Shown one piece after another: positions 25,480-38,365 of a stretch of DNA of 64,000 nt; position 1 is the first letter of the stretch; each line of letters starts with the position of its first letter. The position numbers and the translations under genes are program-made. This DNA is from Dicyema japonicum (taxonomy: Eukaryota; Animalia; Dicyemida). The stretch is taken from the NCBI GenBank assembly GCA_011109175.1, contig RDEW01000002.1, positions 1,532,111 to 1,596,110 on the forward strand, read 5' to 3'. The notes below the pieces were generated by a model. That model saw nothing but the letters and a program-made list of their open reading frames with translations, was not told the DNA's origin and did no database searches.

Positions 25480-26370
25480 TCAAGACAGCTAGACTCGATC
25501 TTCAAGACATTTGTGGATCCAGATGCCACATAAATTAAAAATGCAGGTTTAATGAATTGGTTGTAAATAGTATTCAGGATAGGGCTATTTCCTATCTTCC
25601 ATAATCCATATGGACATTTCGAAGCATTAGTTTTTTCACATTTTGTAATTACATTTTCAACATGGGGGGAGAATGACATGTGCATGTCAAAAGTCACCCA
25701 AGGATCTTTTGGAATTTTCTGAACGGGACAACATCATTGTTAGTTTTCAAATCGACCGTCCGTCTTCCCAGTATCTTGTCTGATGTAATAAGAGTTGTGA
25801 CGAAATTCTCAGTGCTGGTAGACAGGCGATTCTTTAATAACCATTCGTTAAGACAGTTCAGATTTTGTTGCAATCTTGAAGTAGTAATCTGAGTATCCTG
25901 ATCACGTGACCCAATGACAATATCGTCGGCATAATTCAGAGAATATCATTTTCGACGTCCGGTGTGGGAAGATCCGCCATGAATAGAATAGTAATGGAGA
26001 CAAAGGGGATCCTTGGGGAATACCATTAGAAAAAGTCCGGGAAATAGATCTTGAACGTCAAATGCATCTCTTTTTACCACTGAGAAAGTTAGATTACCAG
26101 ATTTTAAGCTTTCCAGGGATCATTGGTAAATTTTCCAAGTAAGAATCCTCTTTGACACAGAGTCAAAAACTTTGTGGACGTCAATGGAGCAAAGTACAGT
26201 CTTCATTACTCCGGCTTGTGCGAAAAACCATTTCGTATAAAGTTAGTCAATGCTGATAATTGGTTCGAAGTAGCTGTATGAATCCGGATCCTTCTTCACT
26301 TTTCCGGGTTTCAAAATTGGACGTAGATGGCAGGAGTTTTCAGTCAAGGTCAATTCTCGTCCAACAGATC
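25480..26370 (-). mobile_element. Ingi/Vingi-like LINE RT fragment
   Basis: RPILKPGK, SIDVHKVFDSV, GIPQGSPLSPLL, NYADDIVI, LG.TFD..MSF..HV, IYNQFIKP. Confidence 0.8.
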
Positions 26371-26509
26371 CAACCGTGAGCCGACGAGTCTTCTGGCACT
26401 ATAAGTTTATGAAAAGATCTTCTTACCTTCTACTTGACAAATTCCACTTGTGAAGATTACTATTATGAAAATTCTTCTGCGATAGGTAGTATGTAAAATT
26501 GATAAAGCT

Positions 26510-26935
26510 AACATACTATTCTACCTCTCATTGGAAGCGGAAGTTTGTAATGGAGTATCGGATAATGAATTGTCCACCGAGATTGGTTAATGATCCAAAT
26601 ATGCGACAATGACTGTCCACCGAGATTTTTGAATTTCTTTTCCTTAAGGGTCTCGGCTCGGGCTAATCCTGAGTTGGTTGCTGTAAGTGTAGGGTAGAGG
26701 TGAGAGATCTTCCACACAGGTGGCATCCCAGACGAGGTATCTAGAGAGTTTTCATGTATTTTGTTGGCTAAAAACAGTCCAAGAGGCTCCAACTGGACAA
26801 TGAATCCGGCGGCTTCAAGTCCCCACGAAATAACTCCATTGATAGCTCTGAGCCTCGGACTCTTCCAGCGCTCCCTTGGAAAGAGAGGGCGTGAAGACCT
26901 TTAGCGTCGAACATTCTTCGCATCTACAGAGAAAA
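26510..26935 (-). mobile_element. Degenerate CRE-like RLE fragment
   Basis: AINGVISWGLEAAGFIVQLEPLGL matches the CRE motif LN..I.RAL..AG....LEP.GL; followed by AETLKEKKFKNL. Confidence 0.65.
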
Positions 26936-27669
26936 ATAGATTAATTCAGGCAGGACACACAATTTATTTAAGTAAAAAACGGTTATTATATTCAAACTAC
27001 ATCCCATCAGGTTTTTTGTACCCATTATTGATTCATAAAATATAATATTGTAGAAATACTAATTTTAACAAAGTATAAGACAATATTCAAAGTATTTCGT
27101 TGGATTCTAGTGAGTATTACACATAAGAAGATATTAATCTCAGAAAGTTGAGTCAATGATATTGTAATGACTTAGATTATGACTTGAGTGAATCAATGCT
27201 GAGAGTTATCCACATTCCCTGAGAGTTAAATTGGTAAATATAGTCAATGTGAATCGCAGTACAGATCCACGGATTCGTGATTAAAAATTAGACACTCAAG
27301 CTGGAGATTCAATGGAAACTCAATAACTTTGTGAATAACCGAATTCTTAAAAATCCGTATTGGAGACAGAATATAACCTTATGATACAAAATGTTATGTT
27401 TTGATATTAACGATAGTATCTTTGACAAAAATAATAACCCATGTATTATAATTAGTGATGTAAGTCGAACGAATAAAATATTATTTGAATTGAAGTAACA
27501 TGTTCGCATTACAATTTGATAATGTTATGTTTAATATTGCATTTGTTAGAACAGGTTTTCGTGTTTTTCGATTAAAAAACTAAAATAAATATTAAAATTA
27601 TAAAAAAATATTAATATTTTAGATTGGTTAACCTAGAGTCATAAATATCGTATTTACGTAACTAAAATA

Positions 27670-28076
27670 ATGTCTGCTCCTGTTTGAGGTAGGCTGGTTT
27701 TTACATAAAGTTCAAACTATTGCTGGATATGTTAAATGGTTTAGTGTGGATAGAGGCTTCGGTTTCATTGAAAGGGATGATAACGGAGAACATGTATTTG
27801 TCCATGTTGTAATACTTATACTGAAGTAATAGAGGAACATAGGACAAATCGCACAGAATAATACATGGAGACTCGAAATCAGGGAGCCTGTTGTATTCGA
27901 AGTAAGAAAAGGAAAAAAAGGGTATTGAAGTCGTTAACGTGACCGGAGTAAATAAAAAACAACCGTTCGGCAATGATTCTGTCGACTAAATTTTGTTTTT
28001 ATTACTTCTTAGGATTTCCACGGTTTAGTATTTCATCCTCAAAGAAGGCCTGTCGAAGAACTAGCCTGCTTCGTAG
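27670..28076 (+). pseudogene. Y-box/cold-shock-domain pseudogene (paralog of 30535-30974)
   Basis: [30 protein letters not shown] at codon 6, an extra A near 27915, lost intron-4 donor, further in-frame stops, TATA changed to CATAAATA; lacks intron 2. Confidence 0.88.
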
Positions 28077-28899
28077 TTTTTATTTTTTTCGTTTGTTTTT
28101 TATTTCCATTTAATATGTTATTTTGGTTGCAAAGTGATGATAAATAATGAAATATTGATATTTAACAATTTGTTTTCCGTGTTTTGTCTGATACTCAGTT
28201 CGTTAGAACAGGTTCCCGTGTTTTCGATTTTTATTACTGCGACCTGTCACTATTATTGAGAATAACAAATTCAGTAATACTTTTATATTAATTATTATTA
28301 TATTATTTCATAATATTGAGTAATATTATTGCAAATATCGATTAGTATAGTCAATGACAGAACTTTTTGAGTCGTATGTTGCCGATGCCATGTGGCTACT
28401 TGATTGGAGATTATTACATGTTTTTTGTGTTACTTCTCTTCTATTTTAATAGAATGTCGTCATGTGATCGCCCACTGCCAGGATCATGTGATGTGACACT
28501 TTGGTGTCAAATTATGCAGTGGCATTGAATTGAGAACATTTACCGAGTTCTAAATATTTATCCCCATGACATGATGGTGGGTTGCCTCTAACGCAGCCAG
28601 AAATCACCTGGAGTAGCCATGGGTTTCAAGGCCGTCGAGTCTTCTAAGTATCCCCAGATAACTGTTGAAGAAAGACAGAGATTTTCTGCTTATTACTCCA
28701 GTTGTCTTGAAAAGAAAAATCAAACTAATGTAATACTTGCTTTATTGAATAAGAAAAACTTGTTTATTATTCACTGTGACTCAGTCTCAACTAAATGAAA
28801 AAAATAGAAACTAAAAACGATCAGCCTTCGAGATTGTTTCAATTTCAGCCCTATCGTCTCTGAAGCCTCGGTAACTGTGAGAATAAGTATAAGGGTGGC

Positions 28900-29260
28900 T
28901 AACAAAATCGGGAATATACTTGTGGCACAACTTTTGCTGATTCAGATTTCAAGAATTTAATTCGTATTCACGGCTGTTAACAAGAATTGATGTATATTCG
29001 AAATACGCCTTTGCGGAAAACTTAATGAATAAATCAGGTGTCGAAGTTGCAAGTCGTCTTAAAAAGATTTTTTACACTGATGGTCCATCTCATTATCTGC
29101 AAAATGGCAATGGACCAAAATTTAAAAATATTCATATAAAAAATCTATGTGATTCACTAAATATTCAACAAATATTTGGTAGACCAAATGAGTTAGGGGA
29201 TCGTTGAAAGGTTAAATCAAGCTCTTACACGATCCCTTGAACAGGCGATTATCGTGGTAT
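28900..29260 (+). mobile_element. Integrase-like (rve; Ginger/KRBA-type) transposase relic
   Basis: KSGVEVASRLKKIFYTDGPSHYLQNGNGPKFKN..IKNLC..LNIQQIFGRP then ..VERLNQAL, matching the DNG.EF / GRP....G.VER integrase core. Confidence 0.65.
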
Positions 29261-29779
29261 TGGTGGGTTTACCTCCGTCTTACACGTAAATGATTTTACT
29301 TCCCATGATGAGTGCAATGAGTCTTCTAATGATGAAAAAAGTAGTTGTAATGTAAACAGCTACTAGGTGAAATATATAATTTCAATTTTGAAGAACCGAA
29401 TTAAAATTCACCTTATTTTCAGAGAATGAATAAAAAAATGGGTGTGCATTCTTCAAAATATACATTTCAAGTAAACGACAAGGTTATTGGTAAATCTATA
29501 ATAGGTTCGAATTGTAAAGGATTATGGATGTAATCCTTCGTTAAATTTATATAAATTCGAATTGCCATATGGCGAGGTAACAACCATCTCTAAATTGTTG
29601 GATAACAATATGGTAAATGTAAGGTGCACTTACTAAAAAATACACATTTATAGATAGGTTTAATCACTGTTTATGTTTAACCATTTTATTCAGCAACAAA
29701 AAATAATATTATTTATAAATATTGAAAATTTAATTTTTTAAAATTAATTTCATATATTTCGAACCTATATTAAAAATTA

Positions 29780-30300
29780 TAAAATTCTGTCATCTATCTT
29801 CACATCCGTTGAAAGATGTTCCGCCTGAGGATAGTGACTGATTGTCCCTGTACACACCAATCGATCACCTTTATTGAGAATCGAGGGTCTTTCAGATCTC
29901 AGATTGTATCCAAATGCTTGGTTCAAGATTTGGAGACTATCCCTTATTCTCACCTCAACCCCCGTTTGTTCAACTAAATTAAAAATTGAGAAAGTACTCA
30001 ATACCATAGCTGTTAAGTTCAAAGTCCTTTCTCGTCCACAATCTCTGCCACCAAAAGCTATCCGCGATCACATTGCCACTTGTGTAATATTTTCGGTGGA
30101 CCATAATCCGATATTGACTCCCCTCCTATGTCGATTACGACATCCAAAGCTACTCTATAAAGGAAACTATAGTGATTTCTCAGATTTTATGAAAAATTAA
30201 GATTCACGGGCCATTTGCTTCACCAGTCTTTACTAATTGAAAAAAGATAAAAACTATAAACGCTCAGCCCTTGGAGATCGTTTCCATTTCGGCCTAATCT
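29780..30300 (+). mobile_element. LINE APE endonuclease fragment
   Basis: IYLHP, degenerate GD.NA and DHNPI motifs, then YKGNYSDF; similar to 43700-44160. Confidence 0.5.
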
Positions 30301-30486
30301 TCCTCGAAACCTCTAAAACTGTCGACTAAAAATAACGGACATTCCCAGAGGTATAAAAGATTGATCTCGGTGAAAAGCCATAGACCGCGGTGATGCTACT
30401 GTTCCAGTTGGAGTATGATTTGATACTAATTTTACTAAAATAAAATATTAAAAATTAAAAAAAATAAATATAACAATAATATTTTA

Positions 30487-30512
30487 GATTGGTTAACCTA
30501 GAATTATAAATA
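30487..30512 (+). promoter_or_regulatory. Core promoter of the Y-box gene: inverted CCAAT/Y-box (GATTGGTTAA) and TATA (TATAAATA)
   Basis: Both motifs are positionally conserved, with substitutions, upstream of all three paralogs (27622, 30487, 63869); TATA lies ~30 nt before the ATG. Confidence 0.6.
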
Positions 30513-30534
30513 GCGTATTTATGTAAGTGAAATA

Positions 30535-30974
30535 ATGTCGTCTCCTAGCTCAGGTAGGTTGTTGTTTTACAATGAAGTTCAAACTATTACTGGATTCGTT
30601 AAATGGTATAGTGTGGATAAAGGGTATGGGTTTATTGAAAGGTATTATCATTAAGTGTAAAATAGGAATGATAACGGCGAGGATGTCTTTATACACGCGG
30701 TAATGCTTATACTGAAGTAATAGAGCAACATAAAACAAGTTGCACAGAATAACACACGGAGTCTCGAAAACGGGGAGCCTGTAGAATTCACTGTAAGAAA
30801 GGGAAAAAAGGGTATTGAAGCCTTTAACGTGACCGGAGTAAATGGGAAGCAACTGTGCGGTAATCATTCCGTCGACATGGTTTTGTTTTTTATTACTTTT
30901 AGGATTTCGACGGTTTACTATTTCATCCTCGAAGAAAGCCTGTAAAAGAACTGCCTAGGAATCCGTCTTCGTAG
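30535..30974 (+). CDS. YBX: Y-box-binding / cold-shock domain protein (~114 aa), 4 micro-introns (30554-30577, 30642-30665, 30700-30723, 30880-30902)
   Basis: Spliced product [42 protein letters not shown]...SLENGEPVEFTVRKGKKGIEAFNVTG carries RNP1/RNP2. Introns 2 and 3 contain in-frame stops and match YB-1 intron positions (R|ND, H.|). Intron 1 could also be read through. Confidence 0.92.
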
Positions 30975-31975
30975 TTATTTTTTCTTTTTCTCGTTAGTTT
31001 TTATTTTCATTTAATTTCATTTTGATGGTAAAGTTATGATAATTAGTGAAATATTGATTTTTGACAAATCATTATGAGTAACTGAAATGAATCCGACTTA
31101 TTTGTGCATCCACGTTATAACACAATCGCGGGCATTTTCTTCTAAGTTGCTTTGATCTTCTAGAATTGAATTTTTCGTTCAATTTATGTTCTTGAGTGGT
31201 CAGTACAGTCGTCCCAATATAGATATCCACCGTGACCTACCCCTGTTCTGCTCACGTTCTCTCATTGCTTTGTGTCATCATCCACTATAGGCATATTTTA
31301 GTAGTGTCTATAGAACGCCCTCGCGATACCGTCTCATCACCAGGTCCCCCCCAGTAACCGAGAGGGAAACAGACATGAGTAATGGCTTTTATTTTCTGTA
31401 ATTCGTCAACATCTTCACTTTTAGAATGTCAAATTTTCCAGGTTTGCATTGATTGATGAATTGTGAACACGTGCTTCCATGACTAAGATCCTAACGAACG
31501 TGATTTAACAACGTGGTTGAGTTTTGCATTACTCATATTGATTTTCTTCTTTATGTTACCCTTCAAGACAGTGGTCTTATTCCTGGATCCAAAGTATCGA
31601 TGACCATCCATTCTACTGAAGTCTAACTTGGGAGCACTGTAGTAGCATACCAGTTGTTTCAGAGGGTATCGCCCCGTAGGATTCCTTCACAGCTATCCAC
31701 GCGGAAGCTAGATTATCCCCATTCCCCTAATCGATAGTACAGTGATGTATATTCCTTATGGGATAAAATGAAAGTGTACCCTCCCGTATTGACAATTTCT
31801 TAGTAAAGTGGTCGAATTGAAGTGAACCTCAATACCACGTCAGAAAACATGGTTTGTCATTTAATTTAACCTTTGATCTTAAAATTTTTGCCGCGACTTA
31901 TCAAATCAGAAACAAACGACATGTGACGATTCTAATGGGGACGATCAATATTCTTAGTAACCTCATAAATTTAGT

Positions 31976-32049
31976 GTGGTGTAGTGACTCATCGATTTCT
32001 AAGTATTGGAAACACCCGAGGGCACATGATGTTCCCCCAAAGAGAATCA
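31976..32049 (+). ncRNA. Putative 5' pseudoknot RNA motif, copy 1 (degenerate)
   Basis: P1 GGTGT/ACACC; P2 TGACTC/GAGAATCA (imperfect); P3 TCGAT/ATTGG; P4 GGGCACA/TGTTCCC (imperfect); linker CCAAA. Confidence 0.45.
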
Positions 32050-33000
32050 TTAAACATTTACCTCCGAGGATACCTTACCTGAAGAACCCATCGGCACACG
32101 CTTTCAACTTTTACTACCCTGAAGATCCCATAGCCCCCGGTCTCTACTGTTAAACGTCAATGGGATAAGAGGCAAAATTTTGGAACTACGCTCTGTCCCG
32201 GTGGAGCTGAAGATTGACTTTGCTTTGATTTAAGAGATGAAGCTCCCTTTAAAAAGCCTTAATTTTCTGATTCCTGGATATAAGTTAATACGGACTAATT
32301 GGAAGAAGCGGGATGGTGGTCTCCTCACTTTATACCGGAAAGACCTTAAATGTGTGAACATCACTTCAGTGGTTAAGAATATCTAGGAGACGACGATGTT
32401 ACTGAAATCAACTCAATCTTGGTTTGAAAAAAAAAAAAAAATTACCTTTGTGAACATCTATGTGCCTCCACATGGTTCTAGTCCGAAGCACTACGCTATG
32501 CCAGATTTATTCACTTTAGCGGTGTGATTATTGGTGGAGATATCTACGCCAAGCACCCTCTATGACTGGCAGGCCAACCACCATATACAAGATGGGAGGA
32601 AATATTAACGCAGACAGGTCCTTTTACGGTCATGAATGGCTCATAAAAACATACGAGAACTCCCTTCAAGGAGTCAAATTAACTAGCTTCTCCAGACATC
32701 ACGCTTTGATCTCCCGGCTAGTCGGCAGTCACTTACAACCCAAGAAGTGACCACAATGAAGATCAAGATAGAAACCTTTACTGGGAAGGTTTCCAGAGCA
32801 CATTAACTACAAATGTGCAGACTGTTTACTTTACCGTGCATTCACTGACAGCCTACTGCACTACCTTTACCTGGATGGATGTACTTCCATAGACAGAGTA
32901 GTCAACTACACTATTTTGGATGCGAGGTCATTATCTGTGTCTAAACTCCACCTTAACTATACCAGGGCTTTAGTTAAGTAATTGAATCAAAAAGTCTCTG
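31976..33000 (+). mobile_element. Ingi/Vingi-like LINE 5' part (APE endonuclease), degenerate
   Basis: LLNVNGIRGKILELRS, GGL, VNIYVPP, IIGGDIYAKHP.W, PDI; begins with the 5' structured motif. Confidence 0.8.
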
Positions 33001-33804
33001 ATTAACTACCATGGAAAAACTCCGACTGAGGGCTTTATTAAAAGGGGTTGTGATCTTAACTTATTTCATTTTTGATTGCCTGAGTCCCTTTAGACAATTC
33101 GGTTCCCCAGTAAGGCATCACTGATGACGAGGTCATTTTACATGCGTAGAACCTTTAGTCGGAATTAACAGTACCGAGTTCGACTTGAAGTATCTGAATT
33201 TGAATAGGGGTCACGATAAGAATACATCAAAACGAGGATAAAAATCTGAAAAAATCTTTTGTGGTATTCTAATGAATGACTATAATTAAGAACAAGTTTA
33301 TGGGATTGATGGGGTCATTATTATCCTATACAGATTGACCTCTTCTCAAGTCATAACCCATTTTCAATTACCCCCATCCCAGATCATCTTATCGGTTTTG
33401 TGGGATTGTCCCTCTTTGAGTTTTACGATTTTAACCACCGATTTCCTTCACTTTAGAGACCGAGGTAGTTAATGTATAGTGAGTTTACTTTGATATTGTG
33501 GATGTCTGCTGATATGACATGACAGCTATTCTAGAATATGAAGATCGATGTCCTGAAAGCCATAAATGGCTCCTACACATGAGTTTAACATACAGCATTG
33601 AAATGTGATGAATAATACTGTTTAGGGGATAAGTAGATCATCTCAACCCCTTCTAAGATATTTTTTAATACCCGATCAAAAGACTGTCCTATATTACATT
33701 GAAAGGCAGTTCAATAATTTTGTCTAAAGTTCATTCTTAAATAATCCCCCGTCATTAAAATAATTTCTCTTTGAAAAGTCAATTTCTCATTTGGTCCACC
33801 ATAT

Positions 33805-35720
33805 TATTATTATAAATCGACAGAAACACAATCCAAGGTTGCAATTGGCTCACATCCACCCAGTATTGAAACCGGGGAAACCAAAGGAGTTTGCTCTTAA
33901 TGCAATATTATTATTATTATTAACCCAAGAACACCAATAGTTAATTTAATTACTAAATTAATTAAATGATCTCGTAGGCCTCAATCAGATTTTTCAATTT
34001 CTCCTCGTGCGCCTTCTAGAATCCAACACAACTTCTCTGTGGGCGGGTGGTTTGGGGAATTGGAGAGGGGTGATGTATACCCTTCTCATAAGACACGCCG
34101 TGGCTGTGTATTGTTGAGAGTTGCACTGCTTGCACAGTGTAGTAAATCCCTTTCCATTTTGTCGGATAAGGTCTTCAAGTGATGAGGGTATTAGTTTTTC
34201 TAGTTTTCCGAGATTACTAATAGTAGCTGTTGTTAAGGCCTGAATGTCCCGGATTCTTTGTTTGTTCGTCCAGGACAGATTGATTCCCCATGACGCACAG
34301 CCATAGCTGACAGATGGCTCAATGAATTGTTTGTACAATAATTTCAAAGCTGGGAAAGGGGTTTTAATGACACAAAAATAGTTTTGATTTCCCTAGCTTT
34401 CTTGAGCAGCTTCCAGATACAGCGTCGATGTGAGATGAAAAGGACATGTGTGTCGAAGGTGATCCCCAAGATTTTCAGTTTCTTCATGAAAGGTATTTTG
34501 TCGGGTTGATAAATATATCCACTCTCATTTGTCCAAGTCGTTTGTCTGAGGTAAATAAGGACGAAGAAGATTTTTCAGTAGATATATCAAGCCGGTTATA
34601 ATTTAGCCAAATTTGAATCTTGTGTAAGTATTCTTGTAGTCTTTCTGATGCCTTTGGGATATCTTGATCGCGGAATCTGATTAATAGGTCATCAGCATAT
34701 GATGGGAGCAAATCGTCTTTATTATCGGGTTGTAGTAACAGTTGTAGTAAACCTTTTCGCTTCTCGGCGACTCAGAAGATGTTTCTCGGAGGAAAATCCT
34801 CGCAATGTGTGCACTAAAGAAAGTATCGAATATGTGGGGTCATAAGAAGAGGATGGGATTAAACACCAAACTCAGAATATATAAGGCTTTTGTTCATCCC
34901 CGTCCTGACCTACAATTCAGGCACTTGGGGAATCTCTAAACAAGAGATGGACCGTCTTGACGCTTTCCACAGGACACAATTGAAATCAGTAATCAAGATC
35001 AAGTGGCCTAAGAAGATCTCAAACAATGACCTCTACTCGAAGTGCAAATCTGGTATACTATCCGAGGAGATCTTCAGATCAAGATGGAGTCTCTTTGGAC
35101 ATATCTTACGTCTAAATGCTCAAGTACCCGCGAATATCGCCATGGAAAACTACCTAATGCATACGGGAGCCGGTTTCCGTGGAAGACCAAGAGTCACACT
35201 CCCAACTATTTTGAATAAAGACCTGTCGGCTGTGGGACTGAAGCTCACTTCCGCAGACGACCTAGATACCTTAAGGGAACTGGCACGAAAGTAGAGGGTC
35301 CTGGAAAAGGCTGATAGAGAGGATGGCTAGAAATACGGCACAAGGGAGGCTTGATTAATTTTATGACTTCTCGAGAGTGCTTTAAATAAAAAATAATAAG
35401 TAAACCTTTTGGACACCATTGGGTAGTAATCTAGAAACTGATTTGGTTTCATCCATGTATACCCTTCTTCCATTTATGAAGTTAGTAAGCCAAAGCTTTA
35501 TATTGGGGTTGACGGCGAGGGCAAACAATTTCCGGGTTAGGATTTTCCTTGAGACAGAGTCGAAGGTTTTTTGTATATCGATCGAGCAAGCCACTGTTTT
35601 TATGTGACGAGGATTTGTGTTAAAGCCTTTAATGATAAATTGGTTGAAGGAAGTTAGGTGGGTAGAAGTTGAATGACCCCTTCTAAATCCATATTCAACA
35701 TTTTGTAGCTAAATTCTGAC
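33805..35720 (-). mobile_element. Ingi/Vingi-like LINE RT and 3' end, interrupted by an RTE insertion
   Basis: CSIDIQKTFDSV, PNGVQK, SYADDLLI, LG.TFD, LYKQFIEPSVSYG; 3' UTR and (TAA)n tail shared with 44655-44840. Confidence 0.85.
34720..35360 (+). mobile_element. RTE-clade LINE 3' fragment
   Basis: TKLRIYKA, PVLTYNSGTW, LDAFHRTQL, RWSLFGHILR, RGRPR. Confidence 0.85.
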
Positions 35721-36489
35721 AATTTGCATATCGGTCGACTCGTAGTGTAATAAAAAATTTTTTAGTTATTTTAGATTTCAATAATAGTTTGTTTAATTTA
35801 AATTAAAAAACATTTTTTCCTAGTGGGACCACGCGTCTACATTTTCAAGCAAATCTTTAATACCTTTTAAATTATGAAAAAGGTCTCCGGCTAGGGTTAC
35901 AGTTCTTCAGGTTTTCGCATATAATACATTTTCTCTACCTTATTGACTTGAACAGTGCCTCAGCCTTTTCCCCCAATCTATCTTCCTATTGTGGAGATAT
36001 AAGGTGGTCAAATTGACCCTTCCATATGACAGATCTCACCAATAAAGTAATTGATTTACCACAAAAATCAAGTGTGTTATAATTTAATGAAGTGAATAAA
36101 TTCCGCACACTAGATTTATTAAAGATTGCTTTAATATGGAGTGGAATTTCTGAAAACATCAAAAGTTCCTGTATCTCCCGCTATCCGGTTACGATCTCCC
36201 CAAAATTTTAAAAACCTTTCTCTTTTTTAAGTATATACTACCTTCGAAAAAATAAGTTTGATCTGTCAGGTAGTTTAGGAGATACAAGTGACCCCCAAAA
36301 TAATTGTGGAATGTGCAACTTGGGGAGCAATGGATCATCAACTATGTCAAGCAAATTACTCAGGTTTTGAGGGTCCTGGGACTGATTAGAGATTACTCAA
36401 GATATCTGTAAAGACTTATGACTTTAAACCCCTCAGAGTAAATTGATTTGTCAGTTACCCTCCATAGTGGGTATACTGTTTTCGATCTA

Positions 36490-37030
36490 AACTTCTTATG
36501 GAAGTAACCAATTGTAAAGAGACTGTACTCTTAGTATTAGAATCTGTTCAATTCTCGACAGTGTTTGAAAGTCTGAGCACTATTGCAGCGAATTATTTGG
36601 AGCTAATAGAATTGATTCTAAAAACTGAACGTGAAGATTATTCTATAAAGGAAACATTTTCGGATCTGGAACAGATCGAGGCAAATCTTGTAACGTGAAA
36701 GAACGTGTTTCCAAAAAACTATTCAAATATAAGTATTCCATCGTCAGTATATGAGAATCTTAGAAGCTCTCAGTTCTGCATCAGTTGATAGCAATGTCAC
36801 TATTATCATAAATTCTCTCTAAAATGCAACTTTAAATCTGATAATGTCACTATTTGATTTCATTGCATAAACAAATTTTATGGACATTTTTAATTCTGCT
36901 TAAATTTTATATGTAAAAATGGCAAAAGGTGCTATTTCTGCCATTTTCATAAAATTATTTGCTATTATCTGCTGTTTTCGAATTTTTGTTACTTTTTAAA
37001 AATTGCTATTTTGCGGTTGCCGTAGTGATA
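36490..37030 (+). mobile_element. Possible hAT-like transposase C-terminal relic with terminal repeat region
   Basis: ORF 36498-36698 plus a degenerate FKY..I.SV motif, and repeated TGCTATT motifs ending GCCGTAGTG; the other end was not identified. Confidence 0.3.
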
Positions 37031-37431
37031 ACAAATCGGCTTCTTCAGTTAAACGACCAAGCTGATAGCAGGATTAGTCTATAATTTTGACAAACTCGGC
37101 ATCAACTACTTTTCCTGCTCTGCATACTTCGCTGCTTGGTGTTTCTCCCTTTATTACTAAATGTCCTCATTAATGATCCTCTCGTTCATCTCCGTCTAAT
37201 CAATCACAAATCTCTTCCCTTTAATACTGCCTTCCAGTCATCAGACGCTAATTCACACAGATGAAACCAGACGAGGTAACATGCTGTAGAAACGGATGCA
37301 AGGCAACGAGATCCTCCTTCTCCCGCGTGAACTTTCGGATCAAGTTGTGAATTTTTAAAGCAATTGATTCAGGGGTATTGGAAGGAGACGGTCTCGTGGC
37401 TTCAAGTGGTCAACGTGGTAGCGCCCAGTTT

Positions 37432-38000
37432 CATTATTATTATTGAACCAGAAAACCACCGTCATAGCCAATATAAACAAAATTCAGGTGATGCCGGCCT
37501 CCTTCACAGTCTTCGCATCTTTTCTCGGTGTTCCGACTGCGTTCCTGCGCATTTCCGATATAGACGGGGTCCGCATACTCGAGTCCTTCGCAGGGGTACT
37601 GTTCCATTCGCCTCTATCATATTTTCAAGGCTTCTGGGAAGGATTTCCACACGGGAAGATTTCCTTAGTAGGTTTGCTGCCTTCACTTGAATGCTGCATA
37701 TCTTGTACAAATTCGTTGGAGCAAGGTTAGATCCCCAGACATTACATGCGTATCCTTTTGTAGACTCGATAAACTGTTTTTATATGAAATCCAATCCACT
37801 CAGATATTTTTTGTCTCTTAGGTTTCCCAAGAACGCCTTCAGGAAGTTGATTTTCCTCGTACAAGTGCAACATTTTTTCGACGTGTTTTGTAGAGGTTAA
37901 GAAGATGTCAAAGGTAACTTCTAGGATTTTCTGGAATTTGTTCTGCGGTTTATTTTTCCCATCCAGTGTGAAGTCAATTGACACTTTCCCCAATCTTTTG
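37432..38000 (-). mobile_element. Ingi/Vingi-like LINE 3' fragment
   Basis: KILEVTFD..LT..KHVE, VYKRIR, C-terminal C..C...HL, (TAA)n tail at 37432-37445; the 3' end is also present at 14660-14735. Confidence 0.75.
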
Positions 38001-38365
38001 ATTGAAAAGGGACCATTCTCCTCCCACCCCGTCACACCATTGCATGGGATGGCTCCTTTTCTTCCATTTCGTGTTATTCGAGCTACTGATCCCATCGGAA
38101 GATCTTTAGTATCAATTTTTCACATAATCATTGGATCTTTCCTAACTTAGAGAACAGATTCACAGTGAATGTAGACCAAGAAGAAGGGGTACCGTGGATT
38201 ACAAGAAGTCGTCGTATTACCCGGTCAGAGAATTATGCAGACCATTGATGATTAGATAATCAGTGACTGTAATCAAAAATAACTTTAATCGGCCAATCTA
38301 ATCCAAGAGATCAAGAAAGATTAAATTCCGTTGAATATATAAATTCATTTTTCGTTATCCTCAAA

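Noticed and set aside
27685-27687. TGA at codon 6 of the Y-box paralog as recoding or an alternative genetic code
   Set aside because: The same copy has other disabling lesions, and TGA serves as a normal stop in PDP.
38150-38260. Short open frame upstream of the homeobox gene as an extra exon
   Set aside because: It ends in a stop before the CCAAT/TATA motifs and no splice path into the hexapeptide exon is evident.
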